Assembly (NCBI GenBank): GCA_050949165.1
Contig: JBMNFF010000014.1
Span: 142,796 to 206,795, forward strand
Origin: Bacillota bacterium
Lineage (GTDB): Bacteria; Bacillota; Proteinivoracia; UBA4975
Reading direction: 5' to 3'
Length of the DNA stretch: 64,000 nt
Part shown: positions 56,645 through 64,000 of the stretch, one piece after another
Numbering within the stretch: the stretch's first letter is position 1
Layout: the number at the start of each line of letters is the position of its first letter
Program-made: the position numbers and the translations under genes
Notes under the pieces: generated by a model
The model's database searches: none
The model's input: the letters and a program-made list of their open reading frames with translations, nothing else
Told to the model about the DNA's origin: nothing

Positions 56645-57895
56645 CTATTCTCTCCAGATATCTGCTCCTATACTCGCCAATTTCCCCACCAGATCGTAGT
56701 AACCCCGGTCGATGTGATGGATATTGCCGATTTCAGTCACCCCGTCAGCTGCCAATCCCGCCAGAACCAAGGCGGCGCCGGCCCTGAGGTCGGTGGCGTT
56801 GACGGGCGCTCCTGTCAAACCCTTCACCCCTTCGATGATTGCGCTGCGCCCCTCTATCTTGATATTGGCGTTCATGCGCTTGAGTTCATCGACGTGCATG
56901 AAGCGGTTTTCAAAAATGGTCTCGGTAATTACGCTGGTGCCCCGGGCGACGGTGAGCACCGCCATAACCTGGGCTTGCATATCGGTGGGGAAGCCAGGGT
57001 AGGGTAAGGTCTTGATGTCAGTGGCGCTTAAGGGTGGATTTCCCGCCACCAGAAGCCCGTCGTCCTGCTCCAGAATCTTGACGCCCACCTCTTCAAACTT
57101 GGCAATCACGGGCTTTAAGTGATCGACCAAGACATTTTTTATCAATATCCTGCCGCCGGTGATGGCTGCTGCAGCGATGAAAGTGCCTGCTTCGATGCGG
57201 TCGGGAATGACGGTGTGTTGGGTGCCTTTGAGCTCTTCCACGCCGGTGATGCGGATGAGGCTGGTTCCAGCGCCCCGAACCTGAGCGCCGGCGGCGTTGA
57301 GGTAGTTGGCCAGATCAACTATTTCCGGCTCGGCGGCGGCGTTCTCAATAATGGTGGTGCCCTGAGCCAGAGTTGCGGCCATCATGATATTCTCTGTGGC
57401 CCCGACGCTGGGAAAGTCCAGGTAAATTCTGCCGCCGGTGAGTCTGGGTGCCACTGCTTCGATATAGCCGTGGCCCATAATCACTTCGGCGCCCATGGCG
57501 ATAAACCCCTTGAGGTGCAGATCTATCGGTCTGGTGCCAATATTGCATCCCCCCGGCAGAGAGACCTTGGCTCGACCCAGCCTGGCCAAGAGCGGTCCCA
57601 TGACCAAAATCGAGGCGCGCATTTTCCTGACCAATTCGTAGGGGGTCTCATGGGTGCTGAGCTGGTTGGCGTCAATCTCCAGTTGCCCCCTGCCCTGCCA
57701 GCTCACCTTGGCGCCGAGCCCCTCCAGAAGCCGGCAGATGGTCATGACATCATCCAGAGGCGGCACCTCTTCAAGGGTGGTGGGTCCCGCCGCCAGCAGG
57801 GATGCCACCAATATCGGCAAAGCGGCGTTCTTGGCCCCATCGACTTTTACCGTTCCATTCAGGACTTTACCGCCCCGAATAAAGATCTTTTCCAT
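56645..57895 (-). CDS. murA: UDP-N-acetylglucosamine 1-carboxyvinyltransferase
   Basis: 416 aa EPT family; active-site region [15 protein letters not shown]. Confidence 0.9.
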   Translation of the reverse strand: MEKIFIRGGKVLNGTVKVDGAKNAALPILVASLLAAGPTTLEEVPPLDDVMTICRLLEGLGAKVSWQGRGQLEIDANQLSTHETPYELVRKMRASILVMGPLLARLGRAKVSLPGGCNIGTRPIDLHLKGFIAMGAEVIMGHGYIEAVAPRLTGGRIYLDFPSVGATENIMMAATLAQGTTIIENAAAEPEIVDLANYLNAAGAQVRGAGTSLIRITGVEELKGTQHTVIPDRIEAGTFIAAAAITGGRILIKNVLVDHLKPVIAKFEEVGVKILEQDDGLLVAGNPPLSATDIKTLPYPGFPTDMQAQVMAVLTVARGTSVITETIFENRFMHVDELKRMNANIKIEGRSAIIEGVKGLTGAPVNATDLRAGAALVLAGLAADGVTEIGNIHHIDRGYYDLVGKLASIGADIWRE

Positions 57896-57934
57896 ATCTT
57901 ATCCTCCTGCCGGGCAGCGCCGGTTGGTAATATT

Positions 57935-58684
57935 CTAGTAACTTCCCGGCAAGACAGGTGTGGCTATCCGCACAAATGTCCTGCGGCCACTGCCTTCGGG
58001 ACGAAAGGCAATGCCAAAGTTCACGTCCCCGCGGCCGGTGCTCACCGATTGTGTAAAGAGGGGAGACCATCCGTTCCAGATAGATACGCCATTGGCCTCT
58101 ACACCCTCCTGATATGTCGCATCAACAGCTTTAAATGCCGAAAACACTATGTTCAGCTTATCACTGTCCTTCAGTCTAGCATCAAGGTAACCTTCAAGGC
58201 AAGAGGAAATTTTAACATCTTCCGCCGCTACGCCGAGAGCCAGCAGGGCCTGGCAAATTTGCCGATGTAGTGCAGACAAGCCGCGCTGGTTGGTTTTACG
58301 CACTTCGATGTTGGCGATTGTCTCCTCCGCCAGGGACAGGACCTGGAGCCGGATACTGGTGCTGTCGGAAAGGTCATAGTCCATGGTGGCATAACCATAG
58401 TGCCCGGTGGAGCGCAGGTGAACGCTGTATTCTCCGCGATTGAGTTCAAAAACAGCAGCCATGGCCTCCACCGCCGCTTCGGCCTGGACGGGCGAATAGT
58501 GGTCGGGCGATAACACTGCCCAGGCATAAAACTCTGCTCCTCCGGCTGTTGCTCCGGTGGTAGCAAAGGCCTGCGCCAGCAGTTCTATATCTGACCGAGT
58601 CGGTGGGGGGTCCGCTCCCGCCCCTCTTCCCAGGGAATAGCCGGCAACAGCCAACAACAATAGGATAAATGCGAGTTTCTTCAT
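57935..58684 (-). CDS. ywmB: YwmB-family (TATA-box-binding-like fold) secreted protein
   Basis: Signal peptide MKKLAFILLLLAVAG; position next to murA as in Bacillus. Start at 58684 with GGGAGGGA RBS. Confidence 0.6.
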   Translation of the reverse strand: MKKLAFILLLLAVAGYSLGRGAGADPPPTRSDIELLAQAFATTGATAGGAEFYAWAVLSPDHYSPVQAEAAVEAMAAVFELNRGEYSVHLRSTGHYGYATMDYDLSDSTSIRLQVLSLAEETIANIEVRKTNQRGLSALHRQICQALLALGVAAEDVKISSCLEGYLDARLKDSDKLNIVFSAFKAVDATYQEGVEANGVSIWNGWSPLFTQSVSTGRGDVNFGIAFRPEGSGRRTFVRIATPVLPGSY

Positions 58685-58773
58685 GTCGCTCCCTCCCATC
58701 GTTTATAATGGTTGACAGATTGCTGCCAGATTATTCCCGGGAGACAAAAAAACAGAACCCGCAAAGGTTCTGT

Positions 58774-59334
58774 TTAGCTCTTCTTTTTGCACGGGCAATT
58801 ATTGCCCTGCAGGCGGTCCAGCAGGCTCAGTTTGCGGTAATTTCTTGCTTCGTCCGGGGCCACCTCTTTCAGCAGGTCGAGACAGGCCTTACATAAGCCC
58901 TGGCCCTGGGCCTCGATCACTTCCAGGGGCACTCCTGCCGCCAGGAGTCGCTGGGTCCGGTCGGGAACCGAAACCTCCTCCACATCCACCGCTTCTGCGG
59001 CAACCACCACCAAGCCCACGGGACCTCTATACTCCGGAAGGTCTACGGTGGCAAAGGGCAGGCCACGGTCACGGGCCAGGCGGATGTACTTTGCAGCGCC
59101 AGCCAAATCTGCCCTTCTGCTGATCAGCAGGCGCCGCGCCTTGGGGTGAACCACCGCCTCCTCGATTTCCCGGTAAACAGCCGGCTCGGCGATTTGTGCG
59201 AAGGTAAGCACCCGCAAGACCCGTTCCCGAAACTGCCCTAGATAGTACTTGCGTTCTTCCCGCCTCAATTGGGGGGTGCCATGAATTCCCTTGAGAATGG
59301 TTTGCTCAAGAGGAGATTTCTTTTTATTCTTCAC
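58774..59334 (-). CDS. Hypothetical conserved protein in atpC-murA interval (186 aa)
   Basis: ORF with own terminator (ACAGAACC-N7-GGTTCTGT + U-run, 58729..58765); C-terminal CPCKKK. Confidence 0.45.
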   Translation of the reverse strand: MKNKKKSPLEQTILKGIHGTPQLRREERKYYLGQFRERVLRVLTFAQIAEPAVYREIEEAVVHPKARRLLISRRADLAGAAKYIRLARDRGLPFATVDLPEYRGPVGLVVVAAEAVDVEEVSVPDRTQRLLAAGVPLEVIEAQGQGLCKACLDLLKEVAPDEARNYRKLSLLDRLQGNNCPCKKKS

Positions 59335-59734
59335 GCCCGGCCACCCTCAGGCGGACTATTGCGCGCTGCAGGGCAGCCTGGGCCCGGGCGTAATCGATGT
59401 CCGCCTGTTTCTTTTCCAAGCGGGCCAGGGCCCTCATCTTGGCTTCTTCTGCCCTGGCGACGTCGATTTCTTCGGCCATCTCCGCAGCCTCGGTGAGGAT
59501 GACAACCTGTTCGGGGGTGACCTCGATAAAGCCGCCGCTTATGGCTGCCTTGCGCTGGCCGGCAGGGGATTTGACTGTCATTGCTCCAATGGTCAGTGGC
59601 GCCACCAGGGGGATGTGCCCCGGCAGGACGCCGATCTCCCCCTCCACGGTGCGCACCGTCACCATGTTTACCGATTCTTGAAATACCTGGCGTTCCGGAG
59701 TGACAACAGTCAAGACAAAGGTCTTGTCACTCAT
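59324..59734 (-). CDS. atpC: F0F1 ATP synthase subunit epsilon
   Basis: 136 aa; epsilon N-terminal beta-sandwich + C-terminal helices; follows atpD. Confidence 0.85.
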   Translation of the reverse strand: MSDKTFVLTVVTPERQVFQESVNMVTVRTVEGEIGVLPGHIPLVAPLTIGAMTVKSPAGQRKAAISGGFIEVTPEQVVILTEAAEMAEEIDVARAEEAKMRALARLEKKQADIDYARAQAALQRAIVRLRVAGREE

Positions 59735-59746
59735 AATCCAGACCCC

Positions 59747-61997
<2,251 letters not shown>

Positions 61998-62009
61998 ATA
62001 CTTACCCCC

Positions 62010-63518
62010 CTAGGCCACAAACTGCTCTTTGAATTCCTGAATTGCCTGCTTGAGGGCTGCTTCCGTCTCATCGCTCAATTGGCCGGTTTTGTTGATCTCC
62101 TCAGCCAGCTGAGGACGGTGCTGGTCCAGGAAGCGGTAGAATTCCTGCTCAAACCTGGAGATGCGATTAAGCTCTATATCGTCCAGGTAGCCGTTGATGG
62201 CTGCATAGATAATCATCACCTGCTTGGCCACCGGCAGGGGAGCGTACTGCCCCTGTTTGAGGATCTCGGAAATGCGCCGCCCCCGGTTAATTCGCGCCTG
62301 GGTGGTCTTATCCAAATCGGTACCGAACTGGGCAAAGGCCTCCAACTCCCGGAACTGGGCCAGGTCCAGCCGGAGTCTCCCGGCAACTTTGCGCATGGCC
62401 TTAATCTGGGCGCTGCCTCCTACCCTGGATACCGAAAAGCCCACGTTGACGGCGGGCCGGACCCCGGCAAAGAAGAGGTCGGTCTCCAGAAAGATCTGGC
62501 CGTCGGTGATGGAGATGACATTGGTGGGAATGTAGGCTGAGATGTCTCCCGCCTGGGTCTCGATGATGGGCAAAGCCGTCAGGGAACCTCCCCCCCGCTC
62601 GTCGTCCAATTTTGCCGCCCGCTCCAGGAGGCGGGAGTGCAGGTAGAAGACGTCGCCTGGGTAGGCTTCCCGGCCCGGCGGACGCCTGAGCAGCAGGGAC
62701 ATTTCCCTGTAGGCCACGGCATGTTTGGAAAGGTCGTCATAGACCACCAGCACATGCTTGCCGTTGTACATAAAGTGCTCGCCCATGGCGCAACCGGCAT
62801 AGGGCGCTATGTACAGCATGGGCGCGGGCTCGCTGGCGGTGGCCACCACCACAGTGGTATAGTCCATGGCGCCGGTCTTGCGTAAGACGTCGACGACTCC
62901 CGCCACCGTCGAGTTCTTTTGCCCGATGGCCACATAGATGCAGTAGACATCGGAATCCCGCTGGTTGATTATGGTGTCGATGGCCAGTGCGGTCTTGCCG
63001 GTGCCCCGGTCGCCGATGATCAGCTCCCTCTGGCCGCGGCCGATGGGAACCATAGAATCCAGGGCCTTGATTCCTGTCTGGAGGGCTTGGTGGACGGAGC
63101 GCCTGCGAGTAACGCCGGGAGCAGGACTTTCGATATTTCGGAAGGTTTCGGCCTGGATGGGCCCCTTGCCGTCCACGGGCTGGCCCAGGGCGTTGACCAC
63201 GCGGCCGATTAAGCTCCCACCTACTGGCACCTGGGTAATCCGGCCCGTTCTCTTGACGGTATCGCCCTCTTTAATTCCTGTGTAGTCTCCCAGAATAACG
63301 GCGCCGACATTGTCCTCTTCCAGGTTGAGGACCATGCCAAAGACGGAGTTGGGAAACTCCAAAAGCTCGCCTGCCATGGCCTTCTGCAAACCATGGATGC
63401 GGGCGATTCCATCGCCGATGTAGACCACTGTTCCCATTTCCGAGATATCGACATCGGCGCGATAGCTTTCAATTTGCTTCTTGATGATACTGCTTATTTC
63501 TTCCGGTCTGATTTGCAC
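62010..63518 (-). CDS. atpA: F0F1 ATP synthase subunit alpha
   Basis: Walker A GDRGTGKT, conserved alpha subunit. Confidence 0.95.
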   Translation of the reverse strand: MQIRPEEISSIIKKQIESYRADVDISEMGTVVYIGDGIARIHGLQKAMAGELLEFPNSVFGMVLNLEEDNVGAVILGDYTGIKEGDTVKRTGRITQVPVGGSLIGRVVNALGQPVDGKGPIQAETFRNIESPAPGVTRRRSVHQALQTGIKALDSMVPIGRGQRELIIGDRGTGKTALAIDTIINQRDSDVYCIYVAIGQKNSTVAGVVDVLRKTGAMDYTTVVVATASEPAPMLYIAPYAGCAMGEHFMYNGKHVLVVYDDLSKHAVAYREMSLLLRRPPGREAYPGDVFYLHSRLLERAAKLDDERGGGSLTALPIIETQAGDISAYIPTNVISITDGQIFLETDLFFAGVRPAVNVGFSVSRVGGSAQIKAMRKVAGRLRLDLAQFRELEAFAQFGTDLDKTTQARINRGRRISEILKQGQYAPLPVAKQVMIIYAAINGYLDDIELNRISRFEQEFYRFLDQHRPQLAEEINKTGQLSDETEAALKQAIQEFKEQFVA

Positions 63519-63536
63519 AGCGTGACACCCCTCCTG

Positions 63537-64000
63537 CTATTTCTGGGCCAGGGAGCGCCCAAGGCGCTCGAGGCGACCCTTGAGGCTACCATCTAATATT
63601 TTGCCGTCGATGCTGACGCTAAAACCTGCCAGCAATGACGGATCGACTTCCAAGTCAATTATGATATCCTCGGCCCCGGTTATCTTTATGAGCTTCGCCC
63701 GCAACGCCTCAAGCTGTACCTCCTTGAGGGGATGGGCAGATTTACAGCTTGCCCGGACACGGCCAGAGGCCTCATCGTCCAGTTGGCGAAACTCCTCCGC
63801 CAAATCGGGGATCATCTGGATTCTTCCCTTGTCCAGCATCAAGTTGAACAGATTAACCAGGCAATCCTCAAACTCAAGGCTCTTTGCCAGCTCCGACAGA
63901 ATCTGGCGCTTGCGGTCCAGACTCACCCTGGGGTTGGTCATCAGGATTCGGAACTCCGAGCTATCCTGCCAAGCCTTGGCCGTTGCCTCCAGCTGGCGGA
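63537..64000 (-). CDS. atpH: F0F1 ATP synthase subunit delta (5' end beyond window)
   Basis: OSCP/delta-like sequence; reading frame stays open upstream of first ATG to the window edge. Confidence 0.75.
   Translation of the reverse strand, partial: RQLEATAKAWQDSSEFRILMTNPRVSLDRKRQILSELAKSLEFEDCLVNLFNLMLDKGRIQMIPDLAEEFRQLDDEASGRVRASCKSAHPLKEVQLEALRAKLIKITGAEDIIIDLEVDPSLLAGFSVSIDGKILDGSLKGRLERLGRSLAQK

Overview
High-GC (~58-60% by eye) chromosomal segment from an endospore-forming, anaerobic Firmicutes/Clostridia-type genome. It is densely coded on both strands. Antisense 'shadow' ORFs are frequent because of the GC content.

Main blocks, in window order:
(1) Stickland-type glycine reductase operon on the minus strand: grdX-trxB-trxA-grdE-grdA-grdB. 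grdB is cut by the window edge. grdA carries an in-frame UGA (selenocysteine). The operon is preceded by a tandem glycine riboswitch with its own promoter and an intrinsic-terminator expression platform.
(2) Housekeeping genes: an Fpg/Nei-family glycosylase paralog, a TrmH-family methyltransferase, a CPBP protease, Sua5/TsaC, a NYN protein, a BFD-like 2Fe-2S protein followed by a cysteine-rich 42-aa mini-ORF, a hydroxyacid dehydrogenase, a Gmk-like kinase, an orphan arginine deiminase and a flavodiiron protein.
(3) An ECF sigma / zf-HC2 anti-sigma / secreted beta-helix protein operon. It is preceded by two and a half copies of a ~90-nt covarying structured repeat, each ending in a T-run on the minus strand.
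(4) A GerA-family germinant receptor cluster (A and C on plus, B convergent on minus).
(5) A RidA + tyrosine-phenol-lyase-like pair.
(6) A nucleoside hydrolase / ribokinase cluster.
(7) An IS1182-family transposase insertion with visibly lower GC.
(8) AddA/AddB helicase-nuclease genes, and a YhaO/YhaN-like (SbcD/SbcC-like) pair whose ATPase has a central transmembrane hairpin.
(9) An MCP translationally coupled to an unknown Cys-motif protein.
(10) A conserved sporulation / cell-wall locus (mbl-spoIIID-spoIIQ-like-spoIID-murA-ywmB), followed by F1 ATP synthase genes atpC-D-G-A and a truncated atpH.

No CRISPR array, rRNA or tRNA was recognised. Coordinates I derived myself (starts, small ORFs, RNA elements) may be off by a few nucleotides.
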